NCBI RefSeq assembly: GCF_004010195.1
Contig: NC_057719.1
Span: 5,265,029 to 5,329,028 of the forward strand
DNA: 64,000 bases
Source: Chiloscyllium plagiosum
Taxonomy: Eukaryota
Reading direction: 5' to 3'
This document shows, piece after piece, positions 50,573 through 61,636 of this stretch; position 1 is the first letter of the stretch; the number at the start of each line of letters is the position of its first letter. Both the position numbers and the translations under genes were made by a program. The notes beneath the pieces were generated by a model, which saw only the letters and a list, made by a program, of their open reading frames with translations, was not told the origin of the DNA and did no database searches.

Positions 50573-52604
50573 ATAGAGTCAGAGATGTACAGTACGGAAA
50601 TAGACCCTTCAGTCCAACTCATTCTTGCTGAACAGATATTCCAATCAAATCTAGACCCACCTGCCAGCACCCGGCCCATATCCTTCCAAACCCTTCCTAT
50701 TCATAAACTTATCCAAATGCCTTTTAAATGTTGCAATTGTACCAGCCTCCACCACTTCCTCTGGCAGCTCATTCCGTACACGTACCATCCTCTGAGTGAA
50801 AACATTGCCCCTTAGCTCTCTTTAATGTCTTTCCCATCTCACCCTAAACCTATTCCCTCTAGTTCGAGACTCCCCCACCCCAGGGAAAATACTTTGTCTA
50901 TTTATCCTAACCATGCCCTTCATGATTTTATAAACCTTTAAAGGTCCCCCCCTCAGCCTCCGATGCCCCAGGGAAAACAGCCCCAGCCTGTTCAGCCTCT
51001 CCCTGTAGCTCAAATCCTCCAACCCTGAATCTTTTCTGAACCCTTTCAAGTTTCACAACATCTTTCCGACAGGAAGGAGACCAGAATTGCACGCAATTTT
51101 CCAATAGTAGCCTAACCAATGTTCTGTACAGCCGCAACATGACCTCCGAACTCCTGTACTCAATACTCTGACCAATAAAGTAAAGCATACCAAATGCCTT
51201 CTTCACTATCCTATCTACCTGCGGCTACAGTTTCAAGGAGCTACAAACCTGCACTCCTAGATCTCTTTGTTCAGCAACACTCCCTAGGACCTTACCATTA
51301 AGTGTATAAGTCCTGCTAAGATTTGCTCTCCCAAAATGCAACACCTCACATTTATCTAAATTAAACTCCATCTGCCACTTCTCACCCCATTGGCCCATCT
51401 GATCAAGATCCCATTGTAATCTGAGGTCACCGTCTTCACTGAGCACTACACCTCAATTTTCGTGTCATCTGCAAACTTACTAACTATACCTTGTATGCTT
51501 ACATCCAAATCATTTATGTAAATGATGAAAAGTAGAGGACCCAGCACTGATTCTTGTGGCACTCCATTGGTCACAGGCCTCCAGTCTGAAAAACAACCCT
51601 CCACCACCACCCTCTGTCTTCTACCTTTGAGCCAGTTCTGTGTCCAAATGGCTAGTTTTCCCAGTATTCCATGAGGTCTAACCTTGCTAACCAGTCCCCC
51701 ATGGGGAATCTTGTCGAACGCCTTACCAAAGTCCATATAGATCACACCTACCGCTCTGCCCTCATCAATCCTCTTTGTTACTTCTTCAAAAAACTCAATC
51801 AAGTTTGTGAGATATGATTTCCCACACACAAAGCCATGTGACTATCCCTAATCGGTCCTTGCCTTTCCAAATACATGTACATCCTATCCCTCAGGATTCC
51901 CTCCAACAACTTGGCCACCACCAACATCAGGCTCACTTGTCTATAGTTCTCCAGCTTGTTCTTACCACCCTTCTTCAACAGTGGCACCATGTTAGCCAAC
52001 CTCTAGTCTTTCTGCACCTTACCTGTGACTATCGATGATACAAATATCTGATTAAGAGGCCCAGCAATCACTTTCCTAGCTTCCCACAGAGTTCTAGGGT
52101 ACACCTGATCAGGTCCTGGGGATTTATCCACTTTTATGTGTTTCAAGACATCCAGCACTTTCTCCCTTGTAATATGGACATTTTTCAAGATGTCACCATC
52201 TATTTCCCTACATTCTATATCTTCCATGCCTTTTTCCACAGTAAATACTAATGCAAAATACTTGTTTACTATCTGCCCCATCTCATGCGGCTCCACACAA
52301 AGGCCGCCTTGCTGATCTTTGAGGGGCCCTATTCTCTCCCTCGTTACCCTTTTGTCCTTAATATATTTGTAAAAACTCTTTGGATTCACCTTAACTCTAT
52401 TTGCCAAAGCTATCTCATGTCCCCGTTTTCCTCTCCTGATTTCACTCTTAAGTATACTCCTACTGTCTTTATACTCTTCTAAGGATTCACTTGATTTATT
52501 CTTTCTATAGCTGATATATGCTTCCTTCTTTTTCTTAACCAAACCCTCAATTTCTTTAGACATCCAGCATTCCCTATATCTACCAGCCTTTCCTTTCACC
52601 CTAA
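50573..52604 (-). mobile_element. CR1/HER1-type LINE, 5'-truncated, inside an LTR
   Basis: [24 protein letters not shown] and KFADDTK. Confidence 0.93.
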
Positions 52605-52992
52605 TATGATCTCAGCAACAACTGCTACTGAAAAATTAAAATGTAAAAATCCTGGCTCTATGGGAGCTTGACCCCCACCCAGTCAGGCTGCTTATAATTT
52701 TCCAACATTAAAAAAAAAACAAAGCCTCACAAGCTGTTTACTCTGTTGGCTTTGTGCAGACTTCTTAGCACCTCTATTTCAATGTTTCTTCAAGAAAAAA
52801 AAGGTCAAAATGCAGCTCTTAAAGCCATAGTATCATCAACCCTGGAGTCAGGGAGAATCTGAGAGGACAGGAAAATGGCTAATGTAACACCCTGTTTAAG
52901 GGAGGAAGGCAGAAAATGGAAAACTATAGGTTGATCAGCCTGACCTCAGATGTTAGTAAGATTTCAGAGTCCATGATTAAAGATGATTTGGA

Positions 52993-53203
52993 GACACCAG
53001 TGTTGGACTGGGGTGTACAAAGTTAAAATCATACAACACCAGGTTATAGTCCAATAGGTTTATTTGGAAGCACTAGCTTTCGGAGCACTTACAATCTTAT
53101 AATCTTATTCTCCACAACCATCTGATGAAGGAGCAGCACTCCGAAAGCTAGTGCTTCCAAATAAACCTGTTGGACTATAACCTGGTGTTGTGTGATTTTT
53201 AAC
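52993..53203. mobile_element. Penelope-derived palindromic (MITE-like) element
   Basis: ~75-bp inverted arms 53022-53098 / 53133-53203 (aaaatcatacaacaccaggttatagtccaa.. / ..ttggactataacctggtgttgtgtgatttt). Confidence 0.8.
53119..53153 (+). ncRNA. Minimal hammerhead ribozyme motif
   Basis: cat-CTGATGA-a-ggag(cagca)ctcc-GAAA-gc-TA-gtg: core intact, palindromic AGCT stem III, stem I cat/gtg. Confidence 0.55.
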
Positions 53204-53262
53204 ATTACTAAGGATGAGATTGTGGAGTACTTGGAAGTGCCTGGTTAAACAGTGCTGAGACA

Positions 53263-53820
53263 TCAAAGGGAATGTTTAGAGCCATAGGTACTCAGCTGTC
53301 CCTTCCAAGCCAATAAACAGCCTGTGAGGCCTTGGTTTTTTTTAAAAGTGGGAATAATAGAAGCATCCTGAAATGGCGGGGTCAAGCTCCCACAGAACCT
53401 GGGTTTTAGTTTAGTTTTCAATAGTTGATTGTGTTTGAAGTTGGTTGTGGATGTTGCCATAGCTCCCTCTCTCTCTACCAGAGATTTCTCTTGGGGTTAT
53501 TTTTTTCCTGGTTTGCAGAAACATTACATGTAAGACAAATTATTCTACTAAATTTGCCTTTGTTAAGGGTGTGTTTACAGGATGGTATTACACAGGTTGT
53601 TGTTTAACAGTTAAATAATCTGTTATTCTGTCAAGTTTTCCACTAGAGTTAAAATTACACTAATTCTTCTTTCTTTTGCATTTTAACTGTAGGTAAGAGC
53701 AAAGTGTCTTTTGCTTAAAGCCAAGTAGTGTGACCAATCAAATTACATCTACGACACAGCACTTTACATTTACCTCTAAATAAAATAAAAGGTAGGGCTG
53801 AGGCTATCTCCTTAATAGCA
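53263..53820 (+). mobile_element. Solo or partial LTR related to the LTRs of the 42981-52840 element, at the unit B/C junction
   Basis: taaacagcctgtgaggcc..ggggtcaagctcccacaga matches the reverse complement of 52640-52750. Confidence 0.75.
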
Positions 53821-54313
53821 AAAGAGACAAAATAAGTCCTGTGGGCTCAGAACACATTAAATTCTGGCTTCATTTTAAAATAAAATCACTTTCAAAAGAA
53901 ATCTTTTCAATGCAGATAATGCCCAAATAGTTCAAAATCTTACAGCTTTTACAAATCATTGTTAAACTTAAATATATATTCCCAACAGTATTCAAATGTT
54001 TTGAATGTAACATGTTAAAGCAACCCAGAAAGTTCCTATTTATACTTCAACGACTTGAAAACTAGCTCATGCACAGTCTTATAATTTTAGCATGAGACCT
54101 ACCCAGCATTGTGAAATCTACCACCCATTCTGAGATATAATCACCATTGTGAGATGATCCCATTCACGACAGAATGGATGAGAAATCAATAAAGGTAAAT
54201 GGGAATACACAGGAAGATGGGAACATCACTTATGTATAAGGAAGAAGGAGTAAGTCGAATTTTTTTGAAAAGTAACATGGAGGTATAGACCATTGGTCAT
54301 AGAAAACAGAGAA

Positions 54314-54681
54314 TAGTTGTTGTGGTTCTGTTCGCTGAGCTGGAAATTTGTGTTGCAGACCTTTCGTCCCCTGTCTAGGTGACATCCTCAGTGCTTGGGA
54401 GCCTCCTGTGAAGTGCTTCTGTGATGTTTCCTCCGGCATTTATTGTGGTTTGTCTCTGCTGCTTCCGGTTGTCAGTTCCAGCTGTCCGCAGCAGTGGCCG
54501 GTATATTGGGTCCAGGTCGATGTGTTTGTTGATAGAATCTGTGGATGAGTGCCATGTCTCTAGGAATTCCCTGGCTGTTCTCTGTTTGGCTTGTCCTATA
54601 ATAGTCTGCAACATAAATTTCCAGCTTGGCGAACAGAACAACAACGAGCACCCGAGCTACAAATCTTCTCACAAATTTTGA
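54314..54681. mobile_element. Penelope 3' fragment with inverted terminal segment
   Basis: IIGQAKQRTAREFLETWHS on the minus strand; 54318-54359 is inverted at 54604-54645. Confidence 0.85.
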
Positions 54682-55672
54682 ACAGAGAGTAGTGGTTGAA
54701 AGGTGCTTTCAGAACAGAAATCAGTAACCAGGGGTGTTCCACAGGGATCATTGCTGGGGTCTTTGCTGTTTGTAATACATACATAAATAATCTGCTTGAA
54801 AATGTGGGTGGTCTGATGGGTAATTTTGCATGACACCAAAATCGGAGAGTTGTAGGTAGTGAGAAGGATTGTGAAATATACAGTGGGATACAGATAGATT
54901 GCAGATTTAGAGAATGAAATTGCAGATGGAGTTTAATTCAGACAAATTCAGGTACAAATTATACATTAGACACCATTAGAAGCAATGATATACAGAGAGA
55001 TCTGGGCATACAGGTCTACCGATCATGAAAGTGGCAACACAGGATAATAAGGTGGTCAAGGAGGCGTATCGCACGCTTGCCTTCATCGGTCGGGGCACTT
55101 GTTATAAAAGTTGGCAAATTATGTTCCAGCTGTACAAATTTTAGTTAGGTCACGTTTAGAATATTGCCAGCAGTCTGGTTGTCACACTACCAGAAGGACA
55201 TGGATGCTCTGGGGAGGGTACAGAGGTTAACCAGGATGTTGTCTGGCCTGGAGGGTTTTAGTTATGAGGAGAGGTTGGCTAAACTCAGCTTGTTTCACTG
55301 GAAAGATGGAGGCTGAGGGGTGACCTGATAGAGGTCTATAAAATAATGAGAGGCATAGATAGGGAAGATAGAGGCCCTATCCCAGGCTAGAAATGTCAAC
55401 TGCAAGAGAGTGCAGATTCAAGGTGAGGAGGAAAGTTTAGGGGAGACATGCGGGGAAAATGTTTCACACAGATGGTAGTGGGTGCCTGGAGCTCACTGCC
55501 AGTGGAGGTGAGCAGGCATATTAGCAACGTTTAAAGTATATCTTGATAGACATATAAACAGGAGGTGAACAGAGGGATAGAAATTGTGTATTGGCAATAA
55601 GTAACAGGCATAAATAGGGATTAGGAATTGGCAGGCTTGATGGGCTGAACAGACTGTTCCTGTGCTGTAATC
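54682..55672 (+). mobile_element. Decayed CR1-type LINE 3' part
   Basis: ggggtgttccacagggatcattgctggg (GVPQGSLL) through a CR1 3' UTR. Confidence 0.85.
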
Positions 55673-55780
55673 AGTTGAAAAAATTGAAAAGGTCGGGCCA
55701 GGAGATACTGGTGTGGAGTTTTGCTAGTATTGACAGGTGTGGAGAGACAGTATTGAAGGTAAGTTGGAATGGCTTTTAAT

Positions 55781-56060
55781 GGGCGGCACGGTGGCTCAGT
55801 GGTTAGCATTGCTGCCTCCCAGCACCAGGGTGACAGGTTCAATTCCAGCCTTGGGTGACTGTGTGGAGTTTGCACATTCTTCCCCCTGTCTGCGTGGGTT
55901 TCCTCCCACAGTCCAAAGACGTGCAGGTCAGGTGAATTGGCCATGCTCAATTGCCCATAGTGTTAGGTGCATTTGTCAGAGGGAACTGAGTCTGGTGGGT
56001 TAGTCTTTGGAGGGTCGCTGTGGACTGGTTGGGCCTGTTTCCACACTGTAGGGAATCTAA
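55781..56060 (+). mobile_element. HE1-type SINE
   Basis: GGGCGGCACGGTGGCTCAGTGGTTAGC head and gggaatctaa tail; absent from the paralogous positions in units A and B. Confidence 0.92.
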
Positions 56061-56322
56061 TTATAGAGTTACCACTGGGCTGAAACAGTACTAACAAATG
56101 GGGAGTGAGGGGGGCAGGCAATAAGGCCCTGATATGGAATGGGAGGGATTGTTGGAATGATCGAGGATTGAACAAGATTGGGAAGGGAGAGGGGTGAGAA
56201 TTTCAAATGAAGAGAAAGAAGCATTTAAAAGATGACGGTAAATTGTGAAATAAGAAATTGCTTCAATTAAACGGAAGTTCGTCATTTTTATTGTCAGAAA
56301 ATAATATTCCCTGGGGTTTGGC

Positions 56323-57420
56323 TGTTCCACCAACATTAACATTTCTCATTGTACTGTTCACCGGCACTGATATTCTTTACTTGGGTCAACTGAACAGGTG
56401 TAAGATTCTACAGTTTGACAGTCTCCTGAGCTGAAGATGACAAGTTTGGTCTTGATCAGTCGGGATGTGATATTAGCAAAGGGGCGGGAAAGGAATCAAA
56501 TCTCTCAGAAAACTTGGTCATTTGTTTGTGCTTATCTCGGTTGCAGCTTCTAAGTCTCGGAGATTCCTGCACTAAAGGGCACGGCGCTGTGATGTAGAGA
56601 GCTCTCTCTCTCTCTGACGGCTACATAAACTCTCCTTCAGACCAGAAATGGTACAGAAACAGCACAGGGTGTGTGTGTGGATGTAGATGGTGCTCAGTCT
56701 CTGTGAGAAGACGGTGATGATATAGATCGGTGTGAGTCCTGGTTTCTCCTTGACCCTTAAGCACTTGTTGTGAATGCCAGTCCGTGCAAATCGAGGGGGA
56801 TAGAGGCGACTAACTGTAACGTGGAAAGAGTCGCCAAACTTCACATCGATCAATTCACCCAAGAAGGAAATTCCGGAACAGGTCCGACTGTCTGTCAGGA
56901 ATAGACAACAGGGACTGACTCACAGGTAACACTTCCATTGGTTTCTAACTATCCGCAGAACCCAGGGGAGAGAATGAAGTGTAGTGCACGAAGAGGAAGA
57001 GAAGTTGGCGGAAAAATCAGAGCTGAGTGATTTGATGACGGTTTTTGTTTCGAAGTTGTTAAACTGTGAAAGTGTCTCTGTTACTCTCAGCAATCCGCGG
57101 GACATGGACCTGGTGGGATTGGATATTCCTGGTTTGCATGATGTCGGCTTTCACTCTCCATTTCTGACAATGGAGCCAGACATAAAGGTTTGAGAAGGAA
57201 CTCAGAGATTGTGGGGTTTGCCAGGTGAAAGCAGGGCTCGCAATGCTGGTGTGAGTGCGCCTGAGGATCAGAGGCAGAGGTTCAGAGTGTTTCTATTGGG
57301 TCAGGGAGTGAGTTGCAGGTTTGCAGGGAGAGCCTGAGAGAGGGTATAGAGAGACCGGGAAGAGATTTGGGACATGGATTGGAAGTTGAAATGGAGCTGT
57401 TGGGGAATTGGCTGAAGGAG
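56323..57420 (+). promoter_or_regulatory. Putative promoter / non-coding first exon block, copy C
   Basis: Near-identical to copy B; lies ~2.2-3.3 kb upstream of the paralog 2 ATG; donor-like sites at 56732, 56926 and 57251. Confidence 0.6.
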
Positions 57421-57549
57421 GTGAACAGTATACAGATAAAGAGTGGGTCAGTGCAGTCAGGGAGGTCAAGGGCAGCAAGGACATGGATGTTCGACTCCAG
57501 GCTTCGGGCACCAGTCAGGCCAATGTAGCCTATTCTGTAAGACATGGTA

Positions 57550-58905
57550 TCACTGGGGTCAGGGAGGATCCCTGAAGTCTGAAAAATGGTGAGTGTAACA
57601 CCACTGCATAAGAAGGGAGGGAGGCAGAAGATGGATAACAGTAGGCCTGTTTGCCTGACCCCAGTTGTTGGTAAGATTTTAAGAGTCCGTTATTAAGGAT
57701 GAGATTGTGGAGGACTTGAAGTGCATAGTAAAATGGGACCATCAGCACCACTTCGTCAAAGGTGAGTCAGTGATCTATTTGGATTTCAAGAAGGATTTTT
57801 CCAAGATGCTGCACAGGAAGGAGGCTGCAAAGTAAGATGAGCCCATGTTTTTTGGGGCAAGGTACTGTCATGGATAGAGGATTGGCTAACTGGCAGAAAG
57901 CAGAGAGTGGGGAAAAAGAGGATGGCATCTGGTGATCAATGGAGTTCTGTTGGGGTCAGTTTTGGGACCACAGCTATATGTCATATATTCACAATCTGGA
58001 CAAAGGAATTAAGGATGTTGTTGCTAAGTTTTCAGCTGACACAAAGATAGGTAGAGGGACTGGTACTGTTGAGGAAGCAGAGGGTTACAGAAGGACTTGG
58101 AAAATGGACAAAGAAGTGGCAGATGAAATACACTGAGATTATGCATTTTGATAGGAAGAATGGAGGCATAAACTATTTTCCAAATGGGGAAATGCTTTGG
58201 AAATCTGAAACACAAAAGTGTCTTAGAAATCCTAGTTCAGGATTCTCTTCAGGTTAAAATGCAAGTTCAGTTGGCAGTTAGGAAAGCAAATGCAATGTTA
58301 GCATTCATTTTAAGAGGGCTAGAGTAGTAGAGCAGAGATGTACAGGGCTGTATAAGGTTCTGGTTGGACCACTTTTGGAACATTGTGAGCAGTTTTGGGC
58401 CTCGCAGCTCAGGAAGAATGTGCTAGCTTTGGACGGCTTCCAGAAGAGGTTTACAAGAATGATCCTGGGAATGAAGGACTTGGCTTATAAGAAGTGGTTG
58501 AGGACTTTAGGTATGTACATGATGGGATTTTTAAGGATGAGGGAGGGTCTCACTGAAACTTATAGAATACTGAGAGACCTGACTGAAGAGGACATGGAAA
58601 TGATGGTTCCCATTAGTAGGAGAGATTAGAACCTGAGGGCACAGCCTCACCGTAAAGGGACAACCCTTTAGAACTGAGATGAGGAGGAATTATTCAGCTA
58701 GAGGGTGGTGAATCTGTGGAACTCATTGCCACAGAAGGCAGTGGAAGCCAAGTTACTGAGTGTATTTAAGACGCAGATAAATTATTAAATCATAAGAGGA
58801 TCGAGGATTAGAGGAAAAAGGCAAGAGAATGGGGTTGTAAAACTAATCAGCCATGATCAAATGGTAGAACAGATCTGATGCTCCTATATCTTATGGCCTT
58901 ATGAG
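57550..58905 (+). mobile_element. Old CR1-type LINE in the presumed intron of paralog 2
   Basis: KFSADTKIG and EHCEQFW..QKRFTRMI remnants. Confidence 0.85.
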
Positions 58906-59484
58906 GTTAAGTAGCAGCGATCCCTGAGCCCATCAATATATCAGTGTGTGCCACTCACAGGGTGCACTGCAGAAACTTGACAAGTTTCCTGTCGTAGAAT
59001 CTCCCAAATCCACAAATCCTACAACATCTAGAGAAACAAGGTCAGCAGTTGCATGAGAACAATACCACCTGTGGGCTCCTTCCAAGTCACTCACCATCTT
59101 AAATATATTATCATTCTTTCATAATTCTAGCTAAATTCCCAGAACTCTTTCCTCACCAAATAGTGGGTGTACCTACAATGAGTTAATTGCAATACGTCAA
59201 TAAGATGGTTGGGCAATATACTGAGTAATAAATGCCATATACAAAAATGGATATTGAAAATAATCATTTAACTGAGGAGTTTCTGAGAATGTTTAGCACA
59301 AAGCCTATGAAGTCATGCAGATATTTGAGAACAAAAATAAAAGAAATCACATTATTATTTTTAAAAACTGTGAACCATTGGGAAAAGTGCAAGCGATTGA
59401 GATAAACTGCAAAGAGAACTACACTGGTGAATGGGGTTAAATAGCCTCCTTTTCTGCTTCAGATTGTATTACTATATTACTTCA

Positions 59485-59509
59485 TAAATGCTCTGTTTTT
59501 GCTCCAAAG
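59485..59509 (+). promoter_or_regulatory. Probable splice acceptor of the GPCR paralog 2 coding exon
   Basis: gctctgtttttgctccaaAG, ~110 nt upstream of the ATG; positionally equivalent to 18371-18372. Confidence 0.6.
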
Positions 59510-59618
59510 GTGACTATTTTCGGTGAAGAGGAATTAAAAATAAAAGTAGCATTGAGGTTTGAAATCACAAACTCAGGACCTCGCAAAAAACATTTATTGG
59601 ACAGCATTGTGTTGAACG

Positions 59619-60599
59619 ATGAGCAACTGTACTGTTGAGCACAGTATCCACCAGATCCTGTTTCCCGCCGTCTACATTGGGGTCTTCATTATTGGCCTCC
59701 CGATTAACCTCCTGTCCCTGTATCACAGCTACCTACAGATCAAGAAGAAGAATGAGCTGGGAATCTATCTCTGTAATCTGACCATCTCAGACCTTTTGTA
59801 CCTCCTTTCCTTACCTTTGTGGATTCAGTACATGCTGCAGCACGATGACTGGCAATATTCTCGGGAACTTTGCATCTTCAGCGGTCTGCTCCTCTACCAG
59901 AATATTTACATCAGTATTGGCTTCCTCTGCTTCATTGCCATTAACCGCTACCTTGTTGTGGCTTACCCTCTGAAATTTAAATTCATACACAGCAGGAAGG
60001 CAGCTTTGCTCATCAGTATTCTCAGCTGGCTCAAGGAGATAGCCATCTGCACCATTTACATGGGCTCCAAGGTTCTCAGTAAAGACGAGGGGAATGATAC
60101 CCTGTGCTTTGAACATTATCCTCTGCGCCTAAAGGACAAATATTTAAATATTTACAAACTCTCCATTGGCTTTGGTCTCCCTTTGATTTTATTAATCTAC
60201 TCTTACTATAAACTGTTGAGGGTTGTCCACAAAGTGCGTGGTGTTCAAGAAGAGCAAAAATTACGAATAAAAAAATTGGTATCTGGGACAATCATCATTT
60301 TCCTGGTTTGCTTTGCCCCTTATCACATTTTCCTGATGGTTCGAACCATATTTGAGTATGACTGTCCCTTTGCTGACAGCGTTTTTGAGGTTTACCATAT
60401 CGGCCTCCTGCTGATGAGCTTTAATTGTGTGGCAGATCCCATCTTGTACTGTTTCGTATCTCCAAGTTCACAGGGCTGGTTAGCAAGGTTCCTCGATCCT
60501 GTTATCAAGCTACTTCCTTGCAGAACGAATGAAGTAATTGTGACTCCAGCAGCTCCGATCAAATCAACAGTTATGAATAAAACTGAATTAACACAATAA
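59619..60599 (+). CDS. Proton-sensing class A GPCR, GPR68/OGR1-like (paralog 2, intact, single coding exon, 326 aa)
   Basis: ATG-to-TAA ORF with seven hydrophobic segments. Motifs CxxxHxIHQ, NELGIYLCNL, LQHDxW, YxNIYISxGFL, WxKE, CFEHYP, CFxPYH and FNCVADPxLYCF are colinear with human GPR68 as I recall it (constant +9 residue offset). Orthology versus paralogy to GPR68 needs a tree, so no symbol is given. Confidence 0.93.
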   Translation: MSNCTVEHSIHQILFPAVYIGVFIIGLPINLLSLYHSYLQIKKKNELGIYLCNLTISDLLYLLSLPLWIQYMLQHDDWQYSRELCIFSGLLLYQNIYISIGFLCFIAINRYLVVAYPLKFKFIHSRKAALLISILSWLKEIAICTIYMGSKVLSKDEGNDTLCFEHYPLRLKDKYLNIYKLSIGFGLPLILLIYSYYKLLRVVHKVRGVQEEQKLRIKKLVSGTIIIFLVCFAPYHIFLMVRTIFEYDCPFADSVFEVYHIGLLLMSFNCVADPILYCFVSPSSQGWLARFLDPVIKLLPCRTNEVIVTPAAPIKSTVMNKTELTQ

Positions 60600-61636
60600 A
60601 GATGTGGAAAGCGGGCTGTATTTAATGGGTAATGGGTTTTGGGAGTTCAGTTATGAGTACAACTCACATAAACTGATTTATATTCATTCTATCATTGTAC
60701 ATTATGGTTAATGTGATTGAGGTGTTTGTAACACTTCATCTATTCTGCTGGACACGTGGAGAGAAAATATCTTCCCTGTTGCGGTAGCCCAATACAAGGA
60801 GCTGTCTTTAAACATGTTCAGAGTCCATTTTCACCCAAATGACAAAGCACTGCCATGCTGGCAATTTGAAATACAATAAACAAAAATGAAATGTAAACAG
60901 AAAATGCTGGAGCAAGCCAGCAGGTCTTGCCTAATCCATGGAGAGAGTGGTAGTGTTTGGAGAACCCCAAATAAGTCATATCAGACTCAAAATATTAATT
61001 ATGTTTCTCTCTCTCCACAGATGCTGTCAGTCCTGCTGTGTTTCTCCCGCGCTTTGTGTTTTTATTTCATCCAAATTGCAACAAAAATCTGAAATTCTTA
61101 TTTGTGATGTTACACGTGAATGGGCGTTTTCATGGGTCTTACCAATGGGTTTTGAGAAGATTTGTAGCTCAGCTTGAGGATTTGGATGTAGGTTTGCTCG
61201 CTGAGCTGAAAGGTTCATTTCCAGACATTTTGTTACCTTACTAGGTAACAACTTCAGTGGACCTCATGCGAAGCAATGCTGAAAATTCCTGCTTTCTATT
61301 TATATATTTGGTTTCTTTGGGTTGGTGATGTCATTTCTGGTGGTGATGTTATTTCCTGTGGTGAAGTTACTTCCTGTTCCTTTTCTCAGGGGGTGGTAGA
61401 TGGGGTCTAACTCGATGTAATTGTTGACAAAGTTCCGGTTGGAATGCTATGCTTCTAGGAATTCTCATACGAGTCTTTGTTTGGCTTGTCCTAGGATGGA
61501 TGTGCTGCCCTAGTTGAAGTGGTGTCCTTCCTCATCCGTATGTGAGGATACTAGTGAGAAAGGGTCATGTATTTTTGTGGCTATTTGGTGTTCGTGTATC
61601 CTGATGGCTAGTTTTCTGCTTGTTTGTCCAATGTAG

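Larger units (their letters stand above)
42981..52840 (-). mobile_element. Gmr1-type Gypsy element with both LTRs (3' LTR 42981-~43595; 5' LTR 50186-52840 split by CR1), carrying two CR1 insertions
   Basis: PBS-like atcctgacaggagcaccca (50164-50182); gag N-terminus FLGVEEV..KAKLLELA; integrase at ~48400-49000; RT IMVPKPDG / MPFGMKNA at 47300-47750; RNase H at ~43800-44330; TSD-like ACTG/CCTG. The empty site is visible at 57550. Confidence 0.88.
39913..53262 (+). repeat. Segmental duplication unit B (upstream region, promoter block and start of intron; lacks GPCR exon)
   Basis: Homology to units A and C as above. After removing the Gypsy insert, 42969-42980 joined to 52841-53260 matches 57544-57745. 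Confidence 0.8.
53836..60599 (+). repeat. Segmental duplication unit C
   Basis: Starts gtcctgtgggctcagaacacattaa, matching 40927 and 7418, and continues through the promoter block to paralog 2. Confidence 0.85.
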
